Positions 11,416-27,062 of a DNA stretch of 64,000 bases are shown piece after piece; position 1 is the first letter of the stretch, and every line of letters starts with the position of its first letter. The DNA is from Camelus dromedarius. Its lineage: Eukaryota. The translations under genes and the position numbers were made by a program. The notes under the pieces were generated by a model, which saw nothing but the letters and a program-made list of their open reading frames with translations, did no database searches and was not told where the DNA came from. The stretch is from positions 61,878,001 through 61,942,000 of the forward strand of contig NC_087437.1 of NCBI RefSeq assembly GCF_036321535.1. The letters run 5' to 3'.

Positions 11416-12032
11416 GTGACTATATGTATGAATTTCTGTTGGGTAGATACCTGGGGGTGGAATTGCTAGGTTGTAGGGAATGAGAATTTAACTTTATTAT
11501 TGCCAAACATTTTTCTTACATGTTTATACCAAAATGCGCTGCCTTCAGTCATGTATGAGACTTCTAATTTCAATGGCTATTTTACTTCTTCACCAGACCA
11601 CTGGTACTCAGTAATCTTAGAAGTGGAAAGAAAGATTTATTGGCTCCAAGGCATTGAATGGGCCTTTAAAAATATGGATTTCGAGACACTGAAGCAGAGA
11701 ATTAAAAACAAAACAAAACAAAACAAAACAGAATAAAACTAATCACCCAAACAGAACCACTAGAGATTGTCAGTCACCTTTTACCCTAAGAGGAGGTGTT
11801 ATTATGGTTCACACTTTGTTATCTGTGTGTCTACCTACTCTTTTCACCATACTGATCACAGGATTCAAACTTTATCATTAGAAGGGGCTTTACAAGTCTA
11901 ACATTTGCTAGGTGCATAAATCCCTGTGCAACATGCCTGATAACTGATTTGTTCAATGTGTTGGTACACTATTGATACAGAACTCACAATGCGTGAGGCA
12001 ACCCTTTCCATTTCCAGACTCCCCTTATTTAT

Positions 12033-12090
12033 ATGAAATTAGAGTTGAAATCTATATCCCCATGAAATTAGAGTTGAAATCTATATCCCC
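12033..12090 (+). repeat. Perfect 29-bp tandem duplication
   Basis: ATGAAATTAGAGTTGAAATCTATATCCCC at 12033-12061 and 12062-12090. Confidence 0.95.
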
Positions 12091-12219
12091 GTAACATTCC
12101 TGCATTGGTAAAAGCATTACTTTAAAGTACGTAATTGAGTAAAATGCTTATGGGAAAACAACTACAGTGATAAATTTTCCAAATCCAGCACTTTTTATTG
12201 TTGATGATATTGATGAATT

Positions 12220-13500
12220 TCTTTTTTTCAGAATTGAGTAGTTTATTTACAATATTGTGTTTCAGGTGTGTGGCACAGTGATTCAGTATTTTTGCAGAGT
12301 ATGTTCCATTATAGGTTATTACAAGGTAATAGCAATAATTCCCTGTGCTATACAGTGTATTTTTGTTGCTTATCTATATATAACACATCTTCTTAATCAG
12401 ATCATCTGTTGATGGACATTTAGGTTGCTTCCATGTCTTGACTATTGTAAGTAGTTCTGCTATGAATATTGGAGTGCATGTATCCTTTTGAATTAGTGTT
12501 TTCATTTTTTCTGGGTATATACCCAGGAATGGAGTTGCTAGATCGTATGGTAGTTCTATTTTTAGTTTTCTGAGGAAGCTCCATACTATTTTTCATAGTG
12601 GCTGTACCAGTTTACATTCCCACCAACAGTGTACAAATGTTGCCTTTTCTCCACATCCTTGAAAACATTTATTTGTAGACTTTTTGATGATAGCCATTCT
12701 GACAAGTGTGAAGTGACATCTCACTGTAGGTTTTTGTTGTTGTTATTGTTTTTTGTTTTGTTTTAATTGAAGTATAGTCAGTTTCCAGTGTGATGTCAAT
12801 TTCTAGTGTACAGCATAATGTTTCAGTCATACATATACATACGTATATTCGTTTTTATGTTCTTTTTCATTATAGGTTACTACAAGATAGTGATCATTGT
12901 GGTTTTGATTTGCACTATTCTGATGGTTGGTGATGTTGAGCATGTTTTCATGTGCCTGTTAGCCATCTGTATGTCTTCTTTGGAAAAATGTCCATTCAGA
13001 TCTTCTGCCCATTTTTTGATTGGGTGGTTTGTTTTTCTTATATTGGATTATACGAGCTGTTTGTATATTCCAGATATTAACCGCTTGTTGGTCATATCAT
13101 TTGCAAATGTTTTCTCGCATTCTGTAGGTTGTCTTTTCATTTGGTTGATGGTTTCCTTTGCTGTGCAAAAGCTTTTAAATTTAATTAAGTCCCATTCATT
13201 TATTTTTACTTTTATTTCTTTTGCTTAGGAGACTTACCCAATAAAATATTACAGTGATTTATGTCAAAGAGTGTTTCTTCTATGTTCTCTTCCAGGAGTT
13301 GTACGGTTTTAAGTCTTACATATAAGTCTTTAAACCATTTTGAGTTTATTTTTGTATATGGTGTGAGGGAATGTTCTAATCTCACTGTTTGACATGTGGC
13401 TGTCCAGTTTTCCCCACACCACTTGGTGAAGAGAGTGTCTTTTCTCCATTGTATATTCTTGCCTCTGTTGTAGTAGATTAATTGACTTTATTATTTCTGG
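12220..13500 (-). mobile_element. L1 3' portion (end of ORF2 and 3' UTR) with a second L1 3'-end fragment nested at ~12731-12893
   Basis: Antisense L1 hallmarks: GATGGACATTTAGGTTGCTTCCATGTCTTG, CAGTTTACATTCCCACCAACAGTGTA and GATGTTGAGCATGTTTTCATGTG. The nested piece is flanked by TCACTGTAGGTTTT / TCATTGTGGTTTT. Confidence 0.85.
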
Positions 13501-13829
13501 TCCCTAAAACTTCACTCTTAGAGTATCTGTGTGTGTGCGCACGTGAATGTAAACGTGTATATGTGTTACTTGACTCCAACAGAACTCATCTATAAAAGCA
13601 TTTTTAATATACACAGACTTATTATCTTGATTGTTTGTCTTATTTCCCTCAATGTGGCTGTAAGCTTTTGACAGACCTGTACTGTTTTGGGCCTTCCATT
13701 ACATCTATGCAGTGCTATGTAAGTAGTATGTGATCTGTAAATACTGCATATTTTTCTTGGGAAATATAGTTAAGTGTGAGTTTCTTTCTTCTTGAAGATA
13801 TAGTCTAGTCCACCTTATCAAATTGTAGC

Positions 13830-15790
<1,961 letters not shown>

Positions 15791-16869
15791 GCCTTTCTTC
15801 TCCCTATGTAGTTTTCACAGCCCTTCTATATAAAAATGTTTTCATTTATGTAACTACTTTATATACACAATTTTCCTGGTATAGAATCTATTTTAAGAGT
15901 TGGAGGGACTTGAAAGGATAGGGCTTCAGGTGTCCTTCCATGACAGGCTTAACATTCCCATCATATTATGTTTAGTGATATTTTTTTGTTGATAAATTTG
16001 ATCTCTATTCTGAAGGCAATGGGGAGCCAATTAAGCTTTCAAACATTTAATGATATATTTTATTTCTTTTGCTTTTCTTTTTCTATTTTCATCTTTTCTT
16101 TTGCAATCATTTCAAACCCACAGAAGAGTTGTAAAAACTCTCATGTCTCTTTTGCCTAGATTTACCAGTTGGTAATATATTGCTACATTAGTTTTATCAA
16201 AATCTATCTTTCTCTCTATACACACATACTTTATTGTCATTGTTGTTACTGTTATTCCTGAAACATTTGACAGTTAAAGACATCATGACACTTTACCCCA
16301 AAATACTCTAGTCAGAATTTCCCAAGAACAAGGAATTCTCTCACATAATCACAGAATAGTTGTCAAATTCAGGAAGTGTAGCATTGGTATAATACTATTA
16401 TCTAATATATAATTCATATTAAATTTTTGTCAATTGGCCCACTAATTAGCAATGTTTTTCTCCTGACCTAGCATCTTGCATTTCATTTTATTGTTATATC
16501 CCTTTAGTCTCCTATAATCCACAGTATTTCTTCAGCCTTTCTTTGTCATTTATGACATTGACATTTTTGAAGAATACAGGCCAGTTTTATTGAATGCATC
16601 TCAATTTGCATTTGTTTTTTGTTTGTTTTAGATTCAAGCTGTACAGTATTTACAGGAATATAACATGAGTGGTATTGTATCTGGAGGTGATAGATTTTAA
16701 ATCTGTATTTTAAAAAAGATCAGTCTTATGGCAGGTGAAGATTAGATTGGGGGCAGAGGAGTGAGGGGATATTAGAAGTTGGGAGACCAGTTAGGCATTC
16801 AGAATTGACAGACTTTAAGAAGTAACCAGCCTGAAATAGAGGGGGCATCTAAGATAACTTTGAATGAGT

Positions 16870-17230
16870 CCTGGTTATCTCCTGTTGGGAATAAACCTCT
16901 CTAAAACTTAGTGCTTAAAACAGCAATTTATTATTACTTTTACAGTTCTGTGGATTGACTTGGCTCAGCCAGGTGATTCTCACATGGCATCTTGTGGTTG
17001 TGGTTAGACCTTGTTTGGGGTATCAGTCATCTAAGGGCTTGAGCCAGCTGGATACCCAAGGCAGCTCGCACATGGGAGGCAGTAGGTCTGCCTGCTGACT
17101 AGGAGCTCAGCTGACGCTGTAATTCAGAAGGACTACATGCACCTTCCCACATGACTGGAGCTTCTCCCATCTGACAACTGGCTTCCTAAGAGGGAAGGAG
17201 CATCCAAAAGCAAGCATTCCAAAAGCCTTA
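16870..17230. mobile_element. MaLR (MLT1-like) LTR relic
   Basis: AAAACTTAGTGCTTAAAACAGCAATTTATTATT...GTTCTGTGGATTGACT...GCTCAGC resembles recalled MLT1 consensus sequence. Confidence 0.55.
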
Positions 17231-20200
17231 CTGGCTTTTGATACCTGGTTTTCATATTTTGACTTTTTTTTAAGACTCCTTAAATTTCAGATAGATATCC
17301 TTGAATTGTTAATGATCAGTCATTGTATTTGCCATCTTATGTCTTTGAATTTCTTACTTAAATTGGCTTCTTTTCTCCCTTCTTACTTTTTACCTATCCA
17401 TAAGGCCACAAGCATTGGATCTTCTTGTTATTTGGAAGTGTACTTTTGGTTTACTCCAGTTTCCTAATTTTTTTCCATTCTGATTTCCCTTAAGACCAGT
17501 AGTTTCACCTAATAGCTCATTTAAAAGATTCATATTAGAAACAGGCTTCCCTATTTTATCATCTTTTCTTCTTTGATTTTGTAGAATATTTTAACTAAGG
17601 CCTTCTTTCATGCCTTTATTAGTGGCCATGCCTCCCTCCTCAGACATAGCCTAGTGTTTTACTGCTATCTGCAATCAAGCAGCACATTATCTGCTGTCTG
17701 CATTTGGCATAAATATATTATCTTCCACTTGTCTTTCCTTACTCCCTCATTTTCCACAACTATCCCTGATGGAGCCAAGCAATCCTACTTAATTATTCCT
17801 CATGCCCTTGTCCATCTCCTGATCCCATTTTCTACCCTCACTTTAGGATAATGATTGTTTATACATATGTAGTGGTATAATGTCATTAAGATTATGTTTA
17901 CTAACTACTAAGTAACATACTTTTCTGCATTCTTATCTCTGCCTTCAAGAAGCTTTTAGTCTAGTATTAGAATCTAGGACCCTATCTTTGGAAAGCATTT
18001 CTAAGGCTTTTAGAAAAAACTCATGTATAATAGACAGTAAAGTCTGTTATTATAACAGCCACAGTAATGGAAAAGGACAATAATACTGTGAAGCTGGGAT
18101 TAGGTAAATACTGTACCTCAAAATAAAATTTAATTCTGACTCTTTTGCTAAAGTAAAAAAAGAAACATGATACTGAGCATTCTTCTCATTGTCAGATAAA
18201 GGAAGCCTATCACTTTTTCAGGAGAGACTATTTTCCTGGTATTAAATTTTGAAGGGATTTGTTGCAAGTATCCTTATACAGTGGCACCAAATGATACAAT
18301 AGACAATGTCTTTTTCAGTAGTTCTGCATAAAATGTAATTATCCTTCATGTTGTATTTCTTATATATACATCAATAAAACCCAAAGCTAAAGTCTTAACT
18401 TTCAATCTTTAAATAAAAGCTTTGTATATGAAGCCAAGTTAATATAGCCAATGATTTTCTAGTATTCCAGATAGCTATAGAGACAGGGTCTAGACAATCT
18501 AAAAAACCAACTTGATGTCAAGTTTTTAGAAAGTAAGAGAGTAAATGCCTTATTGGTTATCAATTATCCTCACTTTAGAGATGAGTAGGATGGCAACTTA
18601 AGCATGTTAAGTTCTTGTTCCTTCTCCAGTTCTCATCACCATGCTCTTGCTGTGTGGCTGCTCTAAGCAGCCAGGACCTGGGGTAACCTAGCATGCATGA
18701 ACAGGGACCTTAGGGCTTGTTATTTTTTAACTGGAAAGTCTTGTGAAGGAGATAATGATAACTTGAGAGATTGTGGCAGTAAAAGAGAGATCAAGTGAGA
18801 AGTGGATTATTGTTCCTCAGGTTGCAGAATATAGTTCTGGGCAGTTGGAAGAGGGAAGAGATTAAGTGTTCACTGTCATCTCTTCATATTCTGTTTGGTT
18901 AGAGATAAGATTTCAGGAAAGGAAACAATGTTGGCAAGTGAGATTAGAGAGGAAACATGGATGTCACAAACATTCAGTCAGGCAAAAACCCTTAGCAGTG
19001 TAGTTATTAAGTTCAGATGCTTTGAGGTACAACCCAGAGTTCCCACCCCTGCTGTAATCAAGCAGATTTGAGGTCATGGTGTTCTTTGTGTCCAGTGAGC
19101 TACAGTTATGCCTAACTTTATTTTGGATGTTTGGTCTGCTCTTGGATTCCAAATCCTTGTACATCTTAGTCTCTAAGAACTGGTTCATTTGCTTATTGGC
19201 TCCTACACTTCTGCCTTGAGCTCTGAATTTGTAGAGCATTCACTTCTCCAGATTAAAAACTATGGACTCCCTAAATTCAACTATGTCCTTCTGGTTCCCA
19301 GGCCCTTGCCTTATAATTGACAAATGCTACTTAGGGTTCCTGAGCTGTCACCTGAACCTGGGCTTTGGTCCTTTGGATTCCGTTTTGAATCCAGGTAAAC
19401 CATAATCCCTGGCACACTGACTAGACACTAACATTTGCCCACTATTCTCTGAGTTCTGAACCTCTGTCTAATCTGACCCTGTTGTTGTTTGTGTCCTACA
19501 GTGAACATAAAATTCTTCTTTAAAAATAATTAGACCTGTTTCTATTCCAACTTCCATTTGAGCTGCCTCCTGTCTGTCTGTTGATAAAACAACCAGATAA
19601 TTCATTAAACTTTCAACAACAGTAGTGTTTTGAGTTCTCTCAGGGTTTTGTGTTGCCAGCAGTAATTTTTATATACCAGTACTCTTTTTATTTTTCTGTT
19701 TTGTCAAGAGAATTTTAAAAATTTTAATGTATCTTTTATATTTTTCTACCTCTTTGATTTGTGTGGTTTCTATATTTAATTTAAAATTAAGCTTATGTGG
19801 TTTTATAAAGAATTTATATATCCAGAATTTCAAATATAGGGACTCTAAACTTTTAAATTAACAGGACTAGTTAAAAAAAAAAAGTTGAATAGATTATACT
19901 GTAACATTTTTAGACTGTAATAAAAAAGAAATGTTAATATTTTTCATATTCCTGCTTAGTTTTAATGTTATATTAGTTTTGTTTGTAGCAATTTAATTAT
20001 CACACTTTGTGATCATTTATGGTAACTAAGTCTCTAATTTGATTCCCAATATTCTTTCTAAAATTAAATTGATATTATTTGAAAAAATTGTCTAGGAAGC
20101 TATTATGGATTTACAAGGAGTCTGACTTTGGCACTGACAAATTGAAGTGAGCTGTGTAATTTAAACAGAATTCATGTAGTACATTGTTAGGTTTCAGAAT

Positions 20201-20267
20201 CCCCAACAAACAAGTGCAATATCATTTATTAGAGCATATCTTTTTCTTTTTTCCTGCCTGCTTCTAG

Positions 20268-20450
20268 GGTTACAGGTGAAGTAAAGCACAACATCACCAA
20301 CACTGTTGTATGCAGAGTACAAGGGGAATGGAATAGCGTTCTTGAGTTCACTTACAGCAATGGGGAGACAAAGTATGTGGACTTGACTAAATTGGCAGTA
20401 ACGAAGAAAAGAGTAAGACCTCTGGAGAAGCAGGACCCATTTGAATCCAG
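20268..20450 (+). CDS. OSBPL11: OSBPL11 coding exon (183 bp, phase 2 to 2)
   Basis: Acceptor ttctag|G and donor TCCAG|gtatat. Translation (R)[60 protein letters not shown](R). Not listed in the ORF track. Confidence 0.96.
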
Positions 20451-20959
20451 GTATATCATCCTCACATCCATCCAGGAAAGACTTAAAAACCTTTTATCTT
20501 AACCAGAGTCTTCACTAACTTCTCATCCTGGGCAAGTGACTTCACCACTTTGCATCAGCTTCCTTATTTGTAAATTGAAAGTGTTGGTTTGATCTGATGC
20601 TCTTAAACCCCTTACCAGCTATGAAATTGTATGATACTTGGTCACATTTTAGTAAAAATCATGCATTTGTAAACTGGGCAAAAATACTAACATTTAATCG
20701 GCAAAAAATTACTATTCTTACTATAAAAACTCTTACAGGTTATTAACAAGGATAGCCCAGTGAAAATAATGGACAGACGTAAAGAGGTAGTTCACAAAGA
20801 AAAAAACTCACCCGTAGAAAATGAAAATTGTTCAGTATAATTAAAATCCAAAGAAATACAAATTAATAAGACTAGTTTTTAAAATAGTATCTCTTTTGGG
20901 AAAAAGTATTAGCAAATAGGCATTCTGATATTGCTGATTAGAAAGGCAGACTAATACAA

Positions 20960-22310
20960 CCTTCGCCTGTTTCAAGTATACAATTCAGTGATTTTTAGTA
21001 ACTTTCCTTAGTGGTGCAGTTATTACCATTATTCCATTTTAAAATCTTCCCATCCTCCCATAAGATCCTTCCTGCCTATTTACAGTTAATCCCCATTCCT
21101 ACCCCCAGTCCCAGGGAACCTAGTTTCCATCTTTGTAAATTTACTTTGGACATTTCAGCAAATGGAATCATACAGTATGTGATCTCTTGTGCCTGAATTT
21201 TTTCACTTAGCATGTTTTTGAAGTTCATTCATGCTATAACTTGTATCAGTAGTTCATTCCTTTTTGTTACTGATGGTATTTTGTTGTGTGATACCACATT
21301 TTGTCTGTCCTTTCACCAACTAATAGACATTTCCAGTTTTGGACTGATGATGATGAATACTGCTATGAACATTCTCATGCAAATCTTTGAGTGGACGTGT
21401 TTTCATTTCTCTTGGGTAAAAGTACCTAGGAATGGAATTGCTGGTATGCGTGATAGTCTTATGTGTAACTTTTCAAGAAGCTACCAAGCTATATTTCACA
21501 ATGGCTGCACCATTTTACATTCCTGCCAGGAACATGTGAGGGTTTCAGTTCTCCACATCTTCATCAACATTGGGCCTGTCTTACTTAATATACCCATTTT
21601 AGCTGGTGTGAATAGTACCTCATTGTAATTTTAATTTGCATTTCCCTTATGGCTAATGATGTTGAGCATGTTTTTATGTGCTAATTAGCCATTTATATAT
21701 CTTCTTTGGTAAAATATGTGCTTATAACTTTTGCGCATTTTTCTGTTGAATTGTTTGTTGTCTTATTGTGTTATAGGAGTTCTTTGTAAATTCTGGACAC
21801 AAAACCTTTATTGGGTATGTGTTTCTTTTTTAAAATATTTTATTTATTTATTATTGTATTATTTTATTATTTTTTATTTGAGCAGGAGGTAATTAGGTTT
21901 AATTTATTTTTAGAAGAGGTACTGGGGATTGAACCCAGAATCTTGTGCATGCTAAGCATGTGCTCTCCCACTTGAGTTATACCCTCCCCTGGGGATGTGT
22001 TTCTTAAATATTTTCTCCTAGTCTGTTGCTCATCTCTTCATTTTCTTAATGGTGTTTTTTTTTAGTAAAAAGTTTTTGTTCTGATGATTTGAGATTATCG
22101 ATTTTTTTTTATGGATTATGGTTTTGGTGTTGTAGCTAAGAAATCCTTGCCTAACCCAAAGTCTCAAAGATTTTCTCTTACATCTTCTTTGAAGTTTCAT
22201 TGTGAGGTGAGGGTCTAAGGTCATCCTTTGCACGTAGCTATCCAGTTGTCCCAACACCATTTGTTGAATAGACTGTACTTCTCCCAAAGAATTGTATTGG
22301 CAGTTTTGTC
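20960..22310 (-). mobile_element. L1 (L1MB-like) 3' portion, interrupted by a SINE
   Basis: Antisense L1 motifs AATGGAATCATACAGTATGTG, GGAATGGAATTGCTGG, CTAATGATGTTGAGCATG and TCCAGTTGTCCCAACACCATTTGTTGAA. Confidence 0.85.
21828..21989 (-). mobile_element. tRNA-derived SINE
   Basis: GAGGTACTGGGGATTGAACCCAG...GAGTTATACCCTCCCC with a T-rich tail, flanked by ATGTGTTTCTT on both sides. Confidence 0.88.
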
Positions 22311-22870
22311 TTACTTGGAGTTTGTTGACCTTCCCCCTCCCTGTGCTGTGCCTGTAAACTCTCTCCATCTAGTGAGTTGGAGCGTTCATAGGACTCCCCT
22401 CATCTGCTCTCAGGGATCACTGCCCTGCACTGCCTTTTGTTCAGTATCTGAAACCATTGTTTCATTATATTTTGTTTGGTTTCCTGGTTGATTAAAGGTA
22501 GGAGGGTAAATCTAGTGCCCATTATTTCATTATGTCCAGATGCAGAAGTGGTCTCTTATTTCAGCTTTTTAAAAATTTATTTTCCTTTTTGCTTGTTATT
22601 TCCTAAGTTTCTTAAAAATAAAAATCTTGATTATGTGACTTGGGAAAATATAAATTATTTTTAGTTTAAGAAGAAACAGAAGCAGCAGCATCTTGGACAC
22701 TTAACATCAGCAACATAGTGTCAGTTTTCTTACAACTCATAGGTTTGGAACTACAGATCTGATTTAGGAAACATAATTTATTAAAATTACCTTTAATTTT
22801 GAAGGTATCAGTTCTATTTAATTATCTTTTTTGAAGAATATTTGTAAAATATGTGGTTTTCTGATTTTAG

Positions 22871-23024
22871 GCGATTGTGGAAAAATGTGACAGACTCTCT
22901 GAGGGAATGTGAAATCGATAAGGCCACAGAGCATAAACGTACCCTGGAAGAACGCCAGAGGACTGAAGAAAGGCATCGTACTGAAACAGGCACACCTTGG
23001 AAAACCAAGTATTTTATTAAAGAG
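22871..23024 (+). CDS. OSBPL11: OSBPL11 penultimate coding exon (154 bp, phase 2 to 0)
   Basis: Acceptor ttttag|G and donor GAG|gtatat. Translation [51 protein letters not shown] includes the conserved ORD EExQR motif. Confidence 0.97.
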
Positions 23025-24255
23025 GTATATGTCCTACATGTGTTGAGACTAAAACTCATTATCTACATTAGCTTAGCAGGCTTTCTTGAATTGTTACCAC
23101 TTATACATCATTATTTCTGAAGACAATCCAGCTACATCATTATTTGTAAAGATAGTCCAGCTTAACCATGAGCTTTTTCATGAACTTTTCACAATTTGTC
23201 GAAGTACAATAGTTCACCAGCAGTTCAGATGAAATAGATTAGGGGATTAAATTGGCCACAAAAATGCTAACATTAGTCTTTAATCACAGTAATAGAATTT
23301 GCAATTGACAATGTATTGCCTTTTGTACCACACTGAAACTCTCTGTCCGCTTCCAGGGGCTGCATTTTAAGGGAGACATGAGAAATTTAATTGACTACAC
23401 AGAGGATAGAATCTTTGCAATGTTTAAGGAAAAAAGAATGAAGTGGGAGTGTTTAGCCTGGAAACCAGAAAATTGGGGCCATTCATTATACCTTACTTCA
23501 AATATAGATAGGCTTATCACATAGAAGTTCTTTTCAGATAATCAGTGTTGAGCTAGGCCTAGGCAGGCTAGGCCAATTTGTCAGGAAGCAAATTTTGAGC
23601 TTAACTTAAGAAGGAATTATGTAACAATTTTTAAAAAATTGAATAATAAATGTACATTTTTTAGTAATGTATTCCCAATTACTAGACCCACATAAAAGAC
23701 TACAATTTATATAGGAGAATTTAATTCACTGGTTTTGCAGTTAAAACTAAATGATTTATAAAGTCTTTTCTAAATTTAAAGGTTTTATTACTTTGTGGTA
23801 GAATTCAGAGTAAGGTGAATAAGGCATCAGAGCTGATACCAAGAAAAGTTTTTCTTGTCCATAGCCAAGTGTAAGGAAACCCATTGAATTTTAATATTGG
23901 CCTATCAGGAAAGAATCTGGAAAAATAATTTGAATGTGAATTTTGTAGAATTCTCACCTTCAGAAATCCATAGTTTATGGTAGTAGTTTCATTGCTTTCA
24001 GTTTTCCCATCTTCAGGTATCTAATATAAATACCAACTATTTTTATGGATAGGAATTCAAGGGAAAGCACTTTACTACTCTTCATTTTTGTATGAATAGA
24101 TAAATCTTTGTAATAACTCTGCAAAATTGTAATCTGGTAACCTTGGATTTTTTTCATGTCAAGTTCACTAAGAAAGTAGATATACCAGGAACAGATTCTA
24201 TAAGAGGAAAATTTCTAAGGGAGGATTTCTATACATCATTAAAAATGAACTCTAG

Positions 24256-24498
24256 GATGGGGAGGGATAAATTAGAAGTTTGGGATTTACAGATACAACT
24301 ACAATATAAAACAGATAAATGACAGGGTCCTACTGTATAGCACAGGGAACTATATTCAATATCTTGTAATAACCTATAATGAAAAAGAATATATCTATAT
24401 ATATAAGTATAACTGAATCACTATGCTGTACACCAGTAACTAACACAACTTTGTAAATCAACAGTATTTCAATTTTAAAAAATTAAAAAGAAAAAAAA
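24256..24498 (+). mobile_element. L1 3'-UTR fragment (cetartiodactyl type) with A-tail
   Basis: GGGAGGGATAAATTAGAAGTTTGGGATT...CCTACTGTATAGCACAGGGAACTATATTCAATATCTTGTAATAACC...CTGAATCACTATGCTGTACACCAG followed by poly(A). Confidence 0.8.
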
Positions 24499-26996
24499 GA
24501 CCTCTTGGGGCTGAGAACATGAAGCTGTAGTGGGCAAAAAATACAACCAATTTTAAAAGATTTTAAAGAATAGGCACCAGCTAACATGATATGTAAACCT
24601 GCTACTTCTCACTTACTCTTTATTTGACAAATATTGTTAAGAGCCTGCCACTTAATCCCATTATCACACTTTATAATGTTGGATAGACAGATATAGAAAG
24701 TGGTGGCAAGATAACGGCGATTGTCCCAATACAACAGTGAATTTCTTTCAGCCTAGATAGTCTCAACTAACTGCCTGATGGAACAGCAGATTGGAGATGC
24801 TGACTCAGATTTGGGCCCCTTTGGGTGGCAAGATGTAAGATGTGGTGTGCCATGGCACAGTAGTGCAACAGATGGGTTAGATTTATGTCATTTTTTTAAT
24901 TGCCTAAGCCTATGGGGCAGCCAAGTTACATCCTGTGTGACAGGACCATGGTATGTGCTATAAAAAGCACTGCAGAGTACACGCGAGGCTGAGGAGGATG
25001 GCAGCTAGCTGAAACCGGTACCCCAAGGTTCATAACAAGTTTAGAGCTATTGTCATCATGTATGGCTCTTTGCTAAGAAGAATCGTATGTTATTGAAAAG
25101 TTGATTTTTGTCTCCTCTGTGGTCCTAAGCAGAGTGCTGGGTGCATATTAGATGTTTTCATAAATATTGTTATAAGTAACAAGAGCTTTTCCACTTGTGG
25201 GGTACATTCGTTATTGCTGTCAAACCAATTACAGATCAGTTAGGAGTTGGCTTTGGTTAGATGGTTGAGAATAGTCACTTGGTATAAGAGGAGGTAGAAT
25301 AACCTAAGAAAATACAGATGAACTTAAAAGTGTTTGTAGTATCATTTGATAATACTCACCTTTTCCTGACCGTTTCTCATTGATGTTTGTTAGATCTTCC
25401 CTTCTCTCCCTTTTGTGAGTATAGACATCCATCAGGAACTATTGGTTGTATCCTTTTAAGTGGATATTTAAAATTTCTTAAGATGTATGTAAATGCAAGC
25501 AGGAAGACTTTTATAGTATAGTGGACCATATTAAAGTCAGATGTGCTAAATTTGAACCCCAGCTCTTACCTTGGATAGTTTATTTACCTCTTTTAACATC
25601 AGTTTCCTCATATATAAAATGTAGGTAAATATAGAGAAGGTGCACTGAAATGAACTCTGCCCCTTCCTGGGTGAAGTTGGGCAGCTCATTTCACTTCTGA
25701 GAGAGAGCCTCAGTCCCTTCATCGGTGACATGAGATGGTCACATGGCACATCTTCTAAACCTAGCATTCTGTAATGTGGTTAGGTGACATCTTTTGTGTT
25801 GCGAGTTATCAACTAGGTGATTGAACATAATAAACAACCTAATGATTTCTATTGTTAAAGAGAAATCACTGTGCCACTGCAGTAGAGGAGAAAGATTAAA
25901 CTCAGCTCTGAATGTGGGGATAAGTGGGAACCTATAGCCAACGCGCAGGGTGAGGGAGTGGACGGAAAATTACTAAGAGGAACTTGGTGGTGTCGGGCAA
26001 GGGTCGGGGGTGAGGGAGGCACTTGATTAGATACCAAAGGTGGAAAAAGAGTTTGACTGGAGATCAAAGATGAGGGAATTCTTGATTAAACTGGTTTATC
26101 GGGATTTTTTTGGCTAAAACTGGGCTCAGCAGGGCTAGGATGAGACATAAACAAGAAGAGAGACGAAGGAGTCTAACTTTTAAAGTTTGGTCAAGGAGAG
26201 AAGTCTTGTCCCTATGAGCCACACAATTGCTGGCCTTAAGTCATTTTTGGAATAAGGTAGGGTAAATATATTAAAAAATATTTTTAAATGTAAATAAATT
26301 GAAGGTGATATAGCAGTTAAGACAGAGGTTCAAATCTGACTAAATTTCCTTAGTCCCATAAACACTGAACTCCAGCCTTAGCTACTGTGACTTCAGCTCT
26401 GCCAAGCTCCCACCCCACTGAGCTGCTTCGTGCATTTGCTGGAGCTCTTTTTGCTTCACTTGGTCGTCTCCTATCTTTAGTTCACTCTCTGACTCTAACT
26501 TTATCTCCCTTCAGTATCCTTCTGTTCATAGGAACCAGGGAAAACTAATAGGGTAAAGTCAGCATGAACTAGAAAACAGTGCTCAGAGACTTGAGAAGGA
26601 CAGAACAGCTAGTCCATTGGTGAGCATTTCTTTGTGCTGCACCTGCTGCCTGTCACTCTGTGGATGAGGCTCAACCTGCAGCATCTTGGCAAAATTGGCA
26701 GAACTGCTACAGATGACTTCTGCAAAATGAAATGTTCATGGAGCACAAACTAGGTCTTCCCAGACCAGAACTTCTCACCCAATCCTAGCTGAACCACACA
26801 CATTTTTTGATATCTTAAGCACAGAGACTTTATTTTTATTTTTTTAAAGCACAGAGACTTTTTTTTCTTCACAACTCTTATTTTTAAATGTGAGGATAGA
26901 ATTCCATGTCAATGAAGACATTGCACCTAGTTTTGTTTACTGATTCTGAAAATACTAGAGGAATGTTTCTTTAATTTATTTTTCCACTTGTTTCAG

Positions 26997-27062
26997 GGAG
27001 ATGGCTGGGTTTATCACAAACCCCTTTGGAAAATAATTCCAACAACACAACCAGCAGAGTGA
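26997..27062 (+). CDS. OSBPL11: OSBPL11 last coding exon (GDGWVYHKPLWKIIPTTQPAE*)
   Basis: Acceptor tttcag|GGA; 21 codons, then TGA at 27060-27062. Matches the recalled ORP11 C-terminus. Confidence 0.96.
   Translation, partial: GDGWVYHKPLWKIIPTTQPAE

Noticed and set aside
12806..13228. Hydrophobic 140-aa ORF (similar ones at 21212-21628 and 39960-40226)
   Set aside because: These are antisense readings of L1 ORF2/3' UTR sequence, a common spurious membrane-protein-like ORF.
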